Assembly (NCBI RefSeq): GCF_006345805.1
Contig: NC_043000.1
Location: forward strand, 84,010,001-84,074,000
DNA: 64,000 nucleotides
Reading direction: 5' to 3'
Origin: Octopus sinensis
Lineage: Eukaryota
Below the pieces are notes generated by a model. The model searched no databases, was not told where the DNA came from, and worked only from the letters and a program-made list of their open reading frames with translations. Below, one piece after another: positions 9,721-23,160 of the stretch (position 1 is its first letter; every line of letters starts with the position of its first letter). The position numbers and the translations under genes are program-made.

Positions 9721-12458
9721 TTTTTTTTTTTTTCTTCTTTCAAATTTTCTTCCATTTCTTGCCGATGTCTTCCCGACTCCTAGGGCAAAGAAATCAAGTA
9801 GTGTATATTGGTAGGCCATTAAACCAAACTCAGTAGTTCGTTCATTTTTTTTTTTTTTTGTTTTTTTAAAGTTAAATTAAATGCATGAGCAGCAACAGTT
9901 CTCACATCGACAATGCTCTTCTCAATACGTGTGATGTACCAGTTAAGACAATCTTTTGCACTTCTTGCAGGGATGGTAGCCAGGGATCATTCTCATATAA
10001 TTTTCGGTTCCCTTCTTGATCATTCCTAGTGCTCCTACGATCACTGGTATTGTAACCGCCTTGAGATGCCACATTTTCTCAATTTCAATGAGCAGGTCTT
10101 ATATTTTCTGAGCTTGTCAAACTCTTTCGCTGAGATATTATGATCACAGGGGATGCTCATGTCGATCAATAAGCAAATTTTATTGTTTTGGTCTTTCACA
10201 ACAATATCTGTTTATTGGCCTTGATGGTTCGGTCTGTATGTACTGGAAAGTCCCACAGAATGGTTACATTTTCTCCTTCAGTTACAGCCTCAGGGTGGTG
10301 ATTATACCACTTGTCGGCAGTTTTGATATTGTAATGCCGACTTATTAGCCAGTGGAGATATTGGCCAACTCTGTCATGTCTTAATTTATACTCCACTGGT
10401 GCTAAGACTTTACATCCAGAGATTAGGTGGTCCACTGTTTCAATCATGTCGTTGCAGAATCGGCATTTTGGGTTTGCTCCATTTTTCATCACATTGCCTG
10501 GTAGTTCCGGGTTGATAGGCTTTGGTCTTGAGCAGCCAGGATGAAACCTTCGCTCTCTGCTTTTAGCCCTGCTCCGCAGCCACTGATGGGTTTGCTTCTG
10601 GTCAACATCAGCTTGTTTGCTGCGGGTCACATATTTGCCGTGCAGAGGTTTCTCCTCCCACCTATCAGCCAATTGCTCGTGCGCTTTTTTCATTGCCATC
10701 ATTTTCACCTTCTTTGCAACAATAGTTGCCGTACTTCCCTCGGGTTGTTCAGTTTGGGTATCCTGCACGAGATCAATAGCAATTTTTTGCTTTCATTGAT
10801 GATAGAATGAAGCTTCTTTCGTCTCTCGTGATTTTCCACGAGCTTTAGCATCCAGTCATTCGATATTTCGAGATATTTGGCCAGTCCAATTGGTGGTTGT
10901 TTTGCAAGCTAGTTCAAATTGGATCAGGCCTCAACCTCCTTGGGCTCTGGGAAGGTAAAGGCGATCTACGTCTGCCTTTGGGTGGTGCATCCTATTACAA
11001 CTCAGCAGCTTGCGTATTTTCTATCTATATTCTTTACTTCACTCATATTCCAGTTCAACACATTGTAGCTATAAGTAACAACTGGAACTGCTAGGGAATT
11101 TATAGCTAACACCTTGTTACGTGCATTTAGTTCAGATTTCAGGACTGCACGAACTTCCTATAACATTCCTTCCTGATTTTCTCTTTCATGCTTGCATGCT
11201 GAATACCAGAGCCTTCATTTATCCCTAAATATTTGTATGTTTGTTCTTGCTCAAGCTCTCTTATGACTGTGTCAACATCTAACACGACTGAATTTGTGGT
11301 CTTCCCTTTCCCTTTCTGGAAAGTGGCCTTGGCACACTTCTCAAGTCCAAACTCCATCCCGATGTCATCGCTGAATGATTTCACGGTGCGCAATAGGCCT
11401 TCAAGTTCATTATTGTCTTTACCATAAAGTTTTAAGTCATCCATATAAAATAGATGGCTTATTTTTTTATTGGCAATTTTATACCCATACCTTGTTCTGT
11501 TTAATTCACTTGTAAGGGGTATTAGGGCTATGCAGAATATTAAAGGTGAAAGTGAGTCACCTTGAAAAATTCCACAGTTGATGTTTATATTTTCTGAGGC
11601 AAGTACTCCATTAGAGTGGTATAATTGGAGATTCGTATTCCACAACGACATATTGTGCTTCAGGAAGTTTGAAATCACAGGGGAAATTTTGAAGATGTCC
11701 AGCGATCTCAAGATCCATGGATGCGGTATACTGTCGAAGGCCTTTTTATAGTCAATCCATGCGGTGCTGAGATTTCTGCGCTTGTTGTGACAGTTCTCAA
11801 GGATCATACGATTGATTAGCAGTTGATCTTTGCATCCGTAAGAGCCTCGGCGGCACCCTTTTTGTTCAATGGGGAAAATATCGTCCTTCTCCATGAATGC
11901 ATATGTTTTCTCCGCCAGGATAGATGTTAGGATTTTATACGTGGTGGATAGACAGGTTATAGGCCGATAGTTTTTTGGAAGGTTGGTTTCGTTATTCTTT
12001 GGGAGTAGGTAAGTAATGCCACTTGCTAACCATTCAGGTGTTTTCTTTGGGTCCCTCATAATTCCATTGAGCAGCTGAACTAGCTTACCGTGTGCGCACG
12101 GGAGCGATGCGAGCCAGAAATTCGGCACCCTATCTTTACCGGGGGATTTCCAATTATGGGCCTTCGTGAGTGCCTTTCTTAGGTCTGCTATTGTGATGTC
12201 TTCCCATGCTTGGTGTTGTAAATTTTGGTACGATCCTTCAGTTTGTATAATCCAGTCTGCATTTATGTTGTACGTCTTCTTGTCACTCCAAATCCTTTTC
12301 CAAAAGTTTTGAACTTCTTCCATGGGAGGGGGGCCTTTAACGGTTACTTTCTCCTTCCCTATTTCTCTGTAGAATTTTTTGGCATTGGATGTGAACAGCT
12401 TATTTTGCTTGTAAAACTTGTTTCTCTTCTCAAATCTTCGTATTCTTTGGGCTTTTGC
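9720..12458 (-). mobile_element. R4/Dong-like RLE LINE (RT + CCHC + RLE), 5'-truncated, in a (TAA)n tract
   Basis: Contains an RT ORF, a CRFC..ETVDHLISGC..RHD knuckle and an RLE region with IIDMSIPCD..GALG. Both ends abut (ATT)n and the 3' end has an A-rich tail. Confidence 0.92.
11139..12323 (-). CDS. non-LTR reverse transcriptase domain (394-aa open segment of a disrupted ORF)
   Basis: Motifs SPGKD, NYRPITCL, QKGC, WIDYKKAFDSIPH, GIFQGDSLSPLIF, HLFYMDDLKLY and YKYLG. Confidence 0.92.
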   Translation of the reverse strand: MEEVQNFWKRIWSDKKTYNINADWIIQTEGSYQNLQHQAWEDITIADLRKALTKAHNWKSPGKDRVPNFWLASLPCAHGKLVQLLNGIMRDPKKTPEWLASGITYLLPKNNETNLPKNYRPITCLSTTYKILTSILAEKTYAFMEKDDIFPIEQKGCRRGSYGCKDQLLINRMILENCHNKRRNLSTAWIDYKKAFDSIPHPWILRSLDIFKISPVISNFLKHNMSLWNTNLQLYHSNGVLASENININCGIFQGDSLSPLIFCIALIPLTSELNRTRYGYKIANKKISHLFYMDDLKLYGKDNNELEGLLRTVKSFSDDIGMEFGLEKCAKATFQKGKGKTTNSVVLDVDTVIRELEQEQTYKYLGINEGSGIQHASMKEKIRKECYRKFVQS

Positions 12459-12594
<136 letters not shown>

Positions 12595-12610
12595 GATTAT
12601 TATTATTATT

Positions 12611-14527
12611 TAGTAAGCTTATTTTTGTCAGCTCTGTGTGCCTTGAGTATGTGCTGTGATTTCTTATGATGCTCTTATTTTTGCTGTATTGAGAGAGTTT
12701 TACGTAGGATGTGTACGGTGCCTAGTAGTGCTATTTTATGTATGTTATATACACTTGTTAGTCCTGCTGTTTTAGTTATGTATTTGTCTGAATATTTGTT
12801 TTATCATACCTTATGCACTTCCTATGATAGGAATTGTTTCTGTTTTTAGACTCCACATTCGAGTTACCTCTATTCCCAGGTATTTGCATTTTGAAAGCTT
12901 CTCCATTTCTTTTAGAGAAACGTTGTCATCTGCTGGTATTGATACATCGATTAGAAAGCATTTATTTTCTTCATGTTCTCTGACAACTATATCCGGCATA
13001 TTGGCCTTAATTTCTCTACTTGTGTATATTGGCATATCCCATAGTATAGTTGCTTTCTCGTTTTCTGTGACCTTTTCTGACGTGTGCCTATACCATCTTT
13101 TTTCTGTTGTTATTCCATAGTGTTGGCACAGCTTCTAGCGTATATAGGTACCAAGTCTGTTGTATCTGTGAATATATTCCTTCTTAGCCAGGACTGAGTA
13201 GCCAGAGACAATATGGTTTATTGTTTCTTGTTCATCTCCACATATTCTGCTGTTGCTTGCTGTGTTTCTTTTCATTATAGGTTTTTGGCAATTTCTGGCG
13301 AGGAGGATTTGGTCTTGTGCAGTAATTAAAAATCCTTCAGTCTCTCCTTTGAGTCCTGAGCTTCTCAGCTATTGTTGGGATTTTGCGTTCTCTATTTCTT
13401 TTGCGTTTAGTATAACCCAATATTTACTATGAAAGGGCTTTTTTTGCCATCGCTTTATCATGATCCGTTGCTGTTCCAGTTTTAGTTTGAATTTCAGTTA
13501 TCTTTCAGCTTTTGTTGCTTCTTCTTTTTCTTCATAGTTGTCAGGTACTATGACGTCTCTTTTGTATTTGTCAGCTTCCTTAAAAACCGAAAACAGTTCT
13601 TTGTTTTGTTCGTGTTTTGTGACTATTTGTATTAGTTTTCCTTGCTTCTGAAGTAGGTAATTTGGTAGTCCTATGGTGGTTATTTTGTAATAGTTTTCTA
13701 GCTGTATAAGGCCTCTACCAACTTCCATACGTTGTATATATAACATTTCTATGTCAGATTGAGGGTGGTACATCCTGAAACCTGTCAATATTTTTCTTGT
13801 TTTCCTGTCTATTTTGATTAGTTCATTTAGAGTCAGTTAAGGATATTGTAGCTGTAACTTATAACTGGAACGGCTAGAGTACTGATACCTATTATCTTGT
13901 TTTTTTTTTGCATTTAGCTTTGTTTTCAGTATTAATCTATCTCGTCTATAGTATTCTTTTCTTATTTTCTCTTTCATTTGTGTGTGTTGTATTGTATCTA
14001 GTTCATTGATTTCTAAGTATTTGTATACCTGGCTTTGGTCTAATGCTCTTATTTCATTTGCTTTATCTAGTGTGATGTTGCTACTCTTAACTACTTTTCC
14101 TGTTTTCGAGGTTGGTTTCGCACATTCTTCTAAGCCAAAGTTCATGATTATTTCTTTGGTTAATCCACGTATTGTCTGTAGTAATGTTTGCAGCTGTTTA
14201 TCATTTGTAGCGTACTGTTTTAGATAATCTATATATAAGAGGTGGCTAATTGTTGTGCCATAACAGTTGTATCCACATTCAGTTCTGTTTAGCATGTCAG
14301 ATAAAGGTGGCAGTGCCAAGCAGAAAAGGAGTGGAACGAGTGTGTCTCCCTGGAATATTCCTCTTCTAACAGGGATGACTTTCGTTTTTATGAGTCCCTC
14401 TTTTGTCTAGAGCTGTAGCACTGTCTGCCATTTATTCATGGTTTTCTGGTTTTTAACTTCGTGTTATTTTGGTTTCCCTATGTCTTGCTGTGACTCTGTC
14501 AGTTTTTAATAAACTTTCTTCACAATT
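12611..14527 (-). mobile_element. second R4/Dong-like LINE (different subfamily), RT C-half to RLE, decayed
   Basis: Peptides GIFQGDTLVPLLFCLAL, HLLYIDYLKQY, YKYLEI, MYHPQSDIEMLYIQRMEVGRGLIQLE and ILWDMPI..PDIVV..LIDVSIP. The 3' end sits at (ATT)n. Confidence 0.88.
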
Positions 14528-14529
14528 AC

Positions 14530-15985
14530 CTACATAGGAGGCTATATCTACTCTAGTTAGCTCCACGCAGTCTCCTACTGATATTAATTCTTTCTGCCTT
14601 CCTTTCTAGATAAGTATAATCTTGCTACTCCTGCTCTTGGGTGGAGTCCTCCATTCATATTGAATTCCTTCCTAGTTCTTCTGTCTAGCGTTGCTAATTC
14701 AGTTTTTGTCCATTCTACAAAAGCTGCTGAGTATCTAAGTGATGATACTTCCCAAGTATTTATAGCCTTCACTAGATTTGGACCATTTAGATTTCACTTC
14801 ATTAGCTTCCTCAACCTTCTGACGTACACCTTCTCGATTTTCGCTTTCATTTCTATAGTTAGTAATCTGTCAGATTCTAATACTCCTAGATACTTATAAC
14901 TCTCTCCTCTTTTCAATAATTTTAATGTCTGGCTATCTGGTAATTGGATGCCTTCGCTGTTGACTACCTGTCATCTTCTCATGACTAATGTTGCACGCTT
15001 ATCTATGCCAAATTCCATGCCTATATCTTTGCTGAAGAGTCTTACAGTCTGTATTAAGGAATCTATCTCTTTCATTCTTCCTAAAAATCTTTAGATCATC
15101 CATGTAGAGCAAATGGTTAATTTTACCCTTACTATTTCTGAACTGATACCCTGCCTTTGCCTTCCTTAATAGTAAACTGAGGGGGATCAAACATGAGACA
15201 AATATTAAAGGGGGTAACAAGTCCCCCAGGAAAATTCATCTCATGATATTAACTTTCCCTAAGAGTATGTCACCCGAGAAGAGATCTACTTTCTATTTCG
15301 TCATGCTAAAGCTAATTAATTCTCTTATGTTGTCTGCTATACTGAATATGTTCAAACATTCACTTATCCATGAGTGTGGGATCATGTCATAGGCCATCTT
15401 ATAATCTATCCATGCTATTGCTAGATTTTTCTTTCTAGCTTTTACTTAATTTAGAACTGCTTTGTTTATATATAATAGATCATACGTTCCCCTAGAATTC
15501 TTCCTGAAACCTTTCTGTTCTTCTGGCAGTACATTCTGGTTGTCAAGGTGCTCGTAAAGGCTTTCTGAAAGCATTCCTGTTAACAGCTTCCACACTAATG
15601 GTAACCAAGTGATTGGTCTATAATTGCTAACTGTATTACTCTTGCTTTTAGCTTTCATAGGGAGTATTGTATCCCTCTAGTCATCCAATCTGGTAGTATT
15701 CCTCCATTAAGGCAATCCTGAAGTTGTTCCCTCAGCCTCCCAAGTAAACTACTAAATTTCTTTAGCTAGTACCCCTGACCTAAATCTTGTCCTAGGCCCT
15801 TCAAATTCGGCATTTTCCCTAACACTTTACTCATTAATGCACTAATTAGTCTTAGATCTGGCTGCTTCTCACTCACTAATTCTTCTCTCATTTTCTTAAA
15901 CCATACTACATCTCCATTATGATTGACTGGCTTATCCCAAATATTACTTCAGAACTCTCTAGCTTCTTCTGCATTAGGTTCTTAT
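14530..15985 (-). mobile_element. third R4/Dong-like LINE fragment (RT region), decayed
   Basis: Peptides NYRPITWLPLVWKLLT, PEEQKG, HLLYMDDLKIF, KAINTW..LRYSAAFVEW and LHPRAGVARLYL. Confidence 0.85.
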
Positions 15986-16345
15986 TTCTATCGACCCCGA
16001 AACGATGAAAGGCCAAGTCGACCACGTTGGAATTCTAATTAGGAGTGTAAAGCAGGAAGAAATGCCGCTAAGCATTTTGTCCAGCTCCTTAACGATTCAG
16101 CCTGCTCGCTCGCTACCTTAAACATCTTCAGTAATATTGGTTTCATATTTAGGCACAAGGCCAGCAATTTTGATGGAAGGGTAAATCGAATACATCGACC
16201 CCAGTGTTCCACTGGTACTTATTTTATCAACTCCAAAAGGATGAAAGGCAAAGTCGACTGCGGCGTAATTTGAACTCAGAACATAAAGACGGACGAAATG
16301 CCGCTGAGCATTTTCCCCGGTGTGCTAGCTCACCACCTTAGTAAT
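15986..16345 (-). mobile_element. two adjacent SINE type 2 copies
   Basis: Reverse-complement cores TTTATCGACCCCGAAA.GATGAAAGGC.AAGTCGAC at about 15990 and 16225. Confidence 0.8.
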
Positions 16346-16365
16346 ATCAAATAAAAGGCGCATGG

Positions 16366-16715
16366 TAAGAGCGTCGTTAGAGTGTCGCAGTGGTTAGAGC
16401 GTTGACCTCACAATTATGAGGTAGTGAATTTTATTCCTGGACTAGACTGTCTGTTGTGTTCTTGAGCAAGACACTTTATTTCACGTTGCTCCAGTTCACT
16501 CAGCTGTAGAAATGAATTGCGACGTCACTAGTGCCAAGTTATATCGGTCTTTTCCTTTCCCTTGGATAACATCAGTGACGTGGAGAGGGGAGGCTGGTAC
16601 CATGGACGACTAATGATCTTCCAAAAACAACCTTGCTCGAACTTTTGCCACGGAGGGTAAATTTCTAGGTGCAATCCCATCGTCAGTCATGACAGAATGG
16701 GGTCTTTACCTTTTT
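16366..16715 (+). mobile_element. SINE type 3 (CORE-like) variant with a different 3' tail
   Basis: GTTCTTGAGCAAGACACTTTATTTCACGTTGCTCCAGTTCAC is shared with 4007-4277; the tail differs and the head is partly duplicated. Confidence 0.7.
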
Positions 16716-16750
16716 AATTAGGGCTAAGATAATGTAGAGTTAGAAAAAGA

Positions 16751-17089
16751 AGGAAGACGGCGAGCTGGCAGAAACGTTAGCACGCCGGGAGAATTGCGTA
16801 GCCGTATTTCGTCTGCCGTTACGATCTGAGTTCAAATTCCGACTTAATCCGTCTGTCCTTGTTTGTCTCCTCTGTGTTAAGCCCCTTGTGGGTAGTAAAG
16901 AAATAGGTATTTCGTTTGCCGTTACGTTCTGAGTTCAAATTCCACCGAGGTCGACTTTGCCTTTCATCCTTTTGGGGTCGATTAATTAAGTACCAGTTTC
17001 GCACTGGCGTCGATCTAATCGACTTAATCCCTTTGTCTGTCCTTGTTTGTCTCCTCTATGTTTATCCCCTTGTGGGCAGTAAAGAAATA
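16751..17089 (+). mobile_element. dimeric SINE type 2B (Tx1-like tail) with 15-bp TSD
   Basis: Two monomers each end TTTGTC..CTCT.TGTT...CCCCTTGTGGG.AGTAAAGAAATA. TSD AGAGTTAGAAAAAGA at 16736-16750 and 17090-17104. Confidence 0.85.
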
Positions 17090-18319
17090 AGAGTTAGAAA
17101 AAGAGGGATTCTCACTTTTTGAAGAAATACAGGCTGTTTTCAGGCTTTTATCTTTTAGTGATTGTTGTAAACTAGATTTATCGAAACGATTTAGATTTTC
17201 AAAATTCAAATACAAAAATGTTACGTCTAGGCTGATGACAAGTAAGTTATGAGTATTACTGCAAAATAGCTACTTCGTTTGTATCTTGTAAATCGCCTTC
17301 CTACGTCTATTTTGAGTCTCTACTGTTTTACGATCTGTCTGTTTTCAGATCAGCCAGACCAACTTATTGTGATATTTTCTTCTTCGCAGACATCAAATGA
17401 AATTATTATGAAGAGATAAGAAGTAAATATAAACGCCAGGATAAGAATCAGATCGCGAAGATAAATAAATAACACAGTTGAAAGATGCGCAATTATGAAG
17501 CAGCCTGTAGTTATTTTACATTTAATTTTCACTCTGCTCTAAGGTTGGTTCTTGTTTTCATTAAAGTTGATTATATTATTTTTTATCGTTTCCTGATGAT
17601 AATCATTTCTAAAACTGATTGATCGCTGTCTAGATTGCTGCCGAATCAACGGTATCTTGATAATAATGGGAATGCATACATACGTACATGCATACATTCA
17701 TACATACATACATACATACATACATACATACATACATACATACATAAATACATACATACATACATACATACATACATACATAAATACATACATACATACA
17801 TACATAAATACATACATACATACATACATATATATATATTTATATATATATACATACATGCCTATATACATACATGCACATATACACACATACTTACATG
17901 CATATGCACGTACCAACATACATGCATGTATAAATACATATATCATACATACATACACACATATATATATACACATGTATAAATGTGTTCATATAAATGC
18001 TATATATTTACGTATATGTATACATGTGTGTTAAGCATGTGTGTGTATGTGTGTGTGTGTGTGTGCGGGAGTTTGAGCGTACTTTTTGCATGCATATACA
18101 TACAGAAACGGACACCGACACACACATATACACACATATAAGGATGTAGTGAAAATTAAAATAATAATACTTATAATGAAATGAAGACAAACATGCAAAA
18201 ATTAACAATGATCGCAGAAAATAGTAACATTAATAATGGTTATGATGATGATGATGTAAATAAAAATAATAATGATGGACTCACAACAACAACAACAATA
18301 ATAATAATAATAATAAATA

Positions 18320-19075
18320 GGTGGCATTGGCTGAAGAAGGGACTACTAAAAAAAGAGACCGTGTGCGATATACTGGCAGTGCAAGACCAAGTTTTGACCA
18401 CGAACTGGAGTCAACCTTGCTGTACTGCATCTGTAATAGAGTGGATGAAACCATTGTCCATATCACGAAAGAATACCCTAGACTTGCCCAAAACCACTGC
18501 AAGTTGTGGTGACACGATCAGGTTGCGAAAGTGCTACATTGAAAACTGTGCGAAAAGTGGGGGCCAGAGAAAGGCAAGACGTGGTATGAGCACAAACTGC
18601 AGAGAGTGGTGGAGTCGGAGACTAGCAAAATCCTCTGGTGTTTCCTAATCCAAATAGATCAGGTGCTAGAGCATAACAGACCGAACATAGTGGTGGTCGG
18701 CAAGATGCACCCCATGTGATATATAGTTGACGTTGCATGCCCATTTGACCCACGAATAGTCAAGAAGGAAGGCGAAAATATGGATAAATACAACCCTCTT
18801 GAGTACGAACTAGCCAGGCTATGGAAAATGAAGAAGGTGAAAATAGTGCCAATTATTGGAGACAGTATCAGATGGCATCAAGAGGAATATAAAGGAAATT
18901 GGAAAAGTGCCCAGTAGAACTGTTACAAAAGTTTTGCTCTCTTGGCACAGCCAGAATAATCAGGACAGTATTAACTGAAAAAAACGGATAGCATAGTACC
19001 GTAAGCTGCAGTTAGCAAGCCCACTATGCATGCAAGACTCAAAGAGTTCCAACAAAGCCTGTGATAAAAGGAAAT
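18320..19075 (+). mobile_element. R4/Dong-like LINE 3' fragment
   Basis: Starts at (AAT)n. Peptides W.WLKKGLLKKET..ILAVQDQ, HDQVAKVLH, ILW..RPNIVVV, IVDVACPFD and KIVPII. Confidence 0.85.
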
Positions 19076-19089
19076 GATAATAATAACGA

Positions 19090-22000
19090 ATAACAAAAGA
19101 CGACACGTAACATTTTCATGGGGATAAACCTACACAGAGGGAAGTAAGTTCCTTTATTCATGCGTGGCAACACCATAGAGATTGTGTCTCGATTAAAAAG
19201 AAAACACTGGTGGTTGTGACACTTCGCCAACACAACAATCTTTATGAGTGTCATGTCAAATAAAACAAAAACTTTATAATAACTGTGTTCATGAGACCCA
19301 AACCCTGACTGAAAGTCTCGCGCACGGCAAGTGCTACAATGCACTCCAGGCGGACCTGGTCGTTATCCAAATACTGCTACAAACGTTAGGAGAAAATGTA
19401 CTCAATACCGACAACAGCATTGTAATGAAATGCTATTACAGAAGTAAACCTACCAAAATAGGATACCAGAAAAGAATGCATAAAATTTGGACAGAGAAAA
19501 GCATGTTCCGTGTCACGGAGCAGACTTCTTGACCAAATAAATTTAACCGCAAGAAGGCAGTGGCTATCGCAGTTAGAGCTGGAGGAGATATTCACAATCG
19601 TGAAAGAGTGTGAATGTGACTATGCTGAACGCGAAGAACAAAAAGAAGAAGAAGAACAGGGATTAGCAGAGGGACCCCACAAAAGAAACAGCTCCTCGGA
19701 TGATGGTGAATTCTACTTTGTGGCGGGAAAGACTGTTACAGAGAAAAAAAGACGTTTACTACTACAGTTGAATGAGGCACGAAATAGCGAAGGAAAGCGC
19801 TTACCAGTTCTGAGAGGAATCGAAGGAGGAAAACTATTTGTGGAAAAATGGACGAACTGTTAGTGAAAATCTACATCGAAAACATAACAGACTTAAAGAT
19901 CTTATATACTGCGCAGCCTTTGATGATGTGCAAACTCTTGCGATTAAAAGTGAAAGGGGGGAAAAAGGACAATGTCTCATAGTGGGAGCGAAGTCTTGAG
20001 AACCAAACTGAACTGCTCAAGCGAGACCTTGGCCGGATACATGCAATCACAGAAAAGCAAATTGTGAGGGAAAGACACAAAAACGAACTGCAAAGGAAGT
20101 AAGTACAACATATGACACAAATGACTACAAGTAGTAAAAGAGGAACTAAGATAGTGGATCAAAGCAGTATCTGATAAAAAAAAAAAAGATGCTAAAAGTA
20201 TTAGCCGAATAAGCTCTTTAAGAACAATGAAAGAAAATTCTATAAACAATTGAACAATGAAGATGATCAGGTAAATGATATACCATATGCTGAAGCAGCA
20301 AGGAGATTCGGGCAGAAATCTGAAGCAAGGACGCCCAACATAAGGTAAAAGCAGGCTGGTTACGGGAATTTATAAGAGAAATGGAAATTGGAGCGACAAG
20401 AAACTATAACAATTACGGATAGGAAAATAAAATAGATGATTAAGAAAATAGCAAACAGAAAAGCCCTTGATTCAGATGGTGTCCAGGAATTCTGGTTCAA
20501 GAATCTTCCAAGCATACACAGTTATATACGACCATTTTTTTTTACTGATCGCATAGAAAATAAAACACCAAAATGGATAACAAAAGCAGGACAGATCTGA
20601 TACTGAAGGGTAAAGAAAAAAGAAGGAAAGTCAACAATTATAGATCTATTACTTGCTTACTATTACTTTTGAAACTATTAACTGATCTCATAGTGGATGA
20701 GGTACCTAATTTTCTGGAAAAGGAGAACCAATTGCCAGAGGAACATAAAGGATGTAGGAATAAATCAAGGGGAACTGCTGATCTGGATATATAGATAGTA
20801 GAATATTAAATGAGGCACGGGTAAAGATGAATTTAGATGTTGGATGGATAGGTTATAGGAAGGATTACGACAATATTCCACGCAGTTGGCTCTAGGAGTG
20901 TCTGATGACGTTCGGAGTCAATGAGGATGATAAACGACAATTTTGAGAAAACAACGGGAGAATGGGAAGTCGAGCTGACATGTGCAAATGAATCGCTAGG
21001 CAACGTGAAAATATGTAGGAGCATTTTCCAGGGTGATTCACTCTCTACATTATTCTTCGTCATTGCACTAATCTCACTGACAAGTATACTAAAAAAATCT
21101 AATCCTGCCTACCATGAGTTTATCAAATCAAAGATGGGAATAAATCACCTACTTTATATTGATTATCTCAAGCTGTATGCAAATATTGAGAGTGCTCAGT
21201 AAAGGTACTGGAATGCAGTTTGGGAATGCGCAATATTATGAAGAGACGCCGGATAGTAAACTCTGATGGCATAAAATTTCCACAAGATATAATTAAATCG
21301 CTGTGATATAATGAAGAATACAAATAAATAGGAGTGCTGCAAGACGATAAGATAATGGAAAGAAGAATGAGAGAGAAAATCACTAAAGAGTACAATGGAA
21401 GAATTAAGGTGTTCAAAACAAAATTAAATGAAGGAAATATCATTAAAACTATTAATACACTGGCTATGTCCATATTGATTTACTCTGGTCACTTTCTGAA
21501 ATGGACAAAGGTTAAGCTACAGAACTTGGATAGAAGGACTTGAAAGCTGCTCACAATGCACACGCACTTCACCCTAAAAGCTGTGATGACCAACTCTAGC
21601 TACCAAGAAAGGAAGGTGGCAGAGCACACAGTTCATACTGCGATACTGTGTCCGAAAAATGCAATCTGCAGTCAGAGATGCCCGGAAAGTGACCGAAACA
21701 GTAGGAAAATTTAAAGAGAGAAAAAAGAACAAAAGAATAAACAAATGGAAAGGAATGGAGCTACATGGCCAATTCATGCAACAAATCGAGAATGTTGAAA
21801 TTAAAGATCACTGGCTCTGGCTGACAGACGGGAACTTGAAACGAGGGAAAGAAACGTTTATTATAGCCGATCAAGAACAAGCCCTTAGAACAACTCTGCT
21901 AAAGGCAAAGATCGACAACACTCAGACAGACAACGAATGTATTAATCACATTTTGTATGAGTGCAGTATATTAACACAAAAGGAGTGTAAGTGCAGACAT

Positions 22001-22378
22001 GACTGTGTTGGCAAAAGCGTGCATTGGGATGTTAACCGAATATATGACTTTAAAACAACAGAAAAGTGATATGATCATGAACCAGAGACTGTAACAGAAA
22101 ATGGAAAGTATGAGACCTTGAGAGATTTCCCCATAAAAACTGACCATACTATATTATTGAAGCAAAAAAAGGCTCGTTATGATTGCAGAGGAGAAAATAA
22201 GCAGTCTAAGATCGTAGATTGTGCAATTTCTTATGATAGAAGAGTCGATACCAAAGGGATTGGAAAAAATTGAAAAACATCAAGCTCAAGCCAGAGATCT
22301 GAGGAGACTGTGGAAGACTGTGGAAGATATCAAGATAAAATATTTGTCAACTAAATTAGCATGCACTAGCGTAAAAAT
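19090..22378 (+). mobile_element. near-full-length decayed R4/Dong-like LINE
   Basis: N-terminal VMKCYYRSKP..GYQKRMHKIW..EQ.RLLDQI..WLSQLELEEI; RT motifs NYRSITCL, IFQGDSLS and HLLYIDYLKLY; RLE IVDCAI..K.EK. Ends in (AAC)n(AAT)n at 22379-22490. Many stops and frameshifts. Confidence 0.88.
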
Positions 22379-22449
22379 TAACAACAACAACAACAACAAC
22401 AACAATAACAACAACAATGATGATAATAATAATAATAATAATAATAATA

Positions 22450-22494
<45 letters not shown>

Positions 22495-22689
22495 GAGTGA
22501 ATAATTAAAGGTTAAAAGGTGAAAGGTTGGGATAGTCTAAATTATGTGTAGTGTTTGTTAAAAATGGGAAATTGTGTGGGTGGAATTTGGTAGAGCTGTG
22601 GTGAAGTTGATGGCGGAGAAAATAGATTAATGAGTAAAGTGAAAAGAAAGCGTGTAAGATGAAGAATTCATGGAAAGAGTAAGAGGAAG

Positions 22690-22930
22690 AAAAAGGAGTA
22701 AAATAATAAAGATAAGGAAATAAAATGCGAAGGAATACTATATGTACTTGGTTACGTCTCTTTGTGTGTCCATACTGCAGACCTAATGGGAAATTGGAGA
22801 GTATGTGTCTCATAATTCTAGCCCTTCCGCATTTGCACATGCTACTTGCCTCTATTTTCCAACACTTTGAGTTTGCAGGTTTAGGCAGTTTGCCATAGAC
22901 GGAGCGAGTTATAGAGGTAAGTTGAGATAA
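22690..22930 (-). mobile_element. possible Hero/NeSL-like RLE LINE Zn-knuckle fragment
   Basis: Peptide CKCG..IMRHILSNFPLGL..RRNQV resembles the C..C..HILS.C..L..Y.WRHNQVL motif. Degenerate. Confidence 0.35.
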
Positions 22931-22949
22931 GCAGAAATGTTAGTATTGA

Positions 22950-23160
22950 GCTGGCAGAATCGTTACTGCGCCAGGCAAAATGCTCTGCAGCATTTCGTCC
23001 GTCTTTACGTCCTAAGATCAAACTCTACCGTGATCGATTTTGCTTTTCATCCTTTCGGGTTCGATAAAAGAAGAACCAGTAAGGCATTCGGGTAGATGTA
23101 ATCGACTTACATTCCCCCACCGAAATTGCTGGCCTGATGCCAAAATTTAAAACCATAAAC
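22950..23160 (+). mobile_element. SINE type 2
   Basis: Head GAGCTGGCAGAATCGTT, core CTTTTCATCCTTTCGGGTTCGATAAAA and tail GCTGGCCTGATGCCAAAATTT. Confidence 0.8.

Noticed and set aside
17240-17545. Splice-like signals (GTAAGT at about 17242; TTTTCAG at about 17348)
   Set aside because: No open exon with a matching donor could be built.
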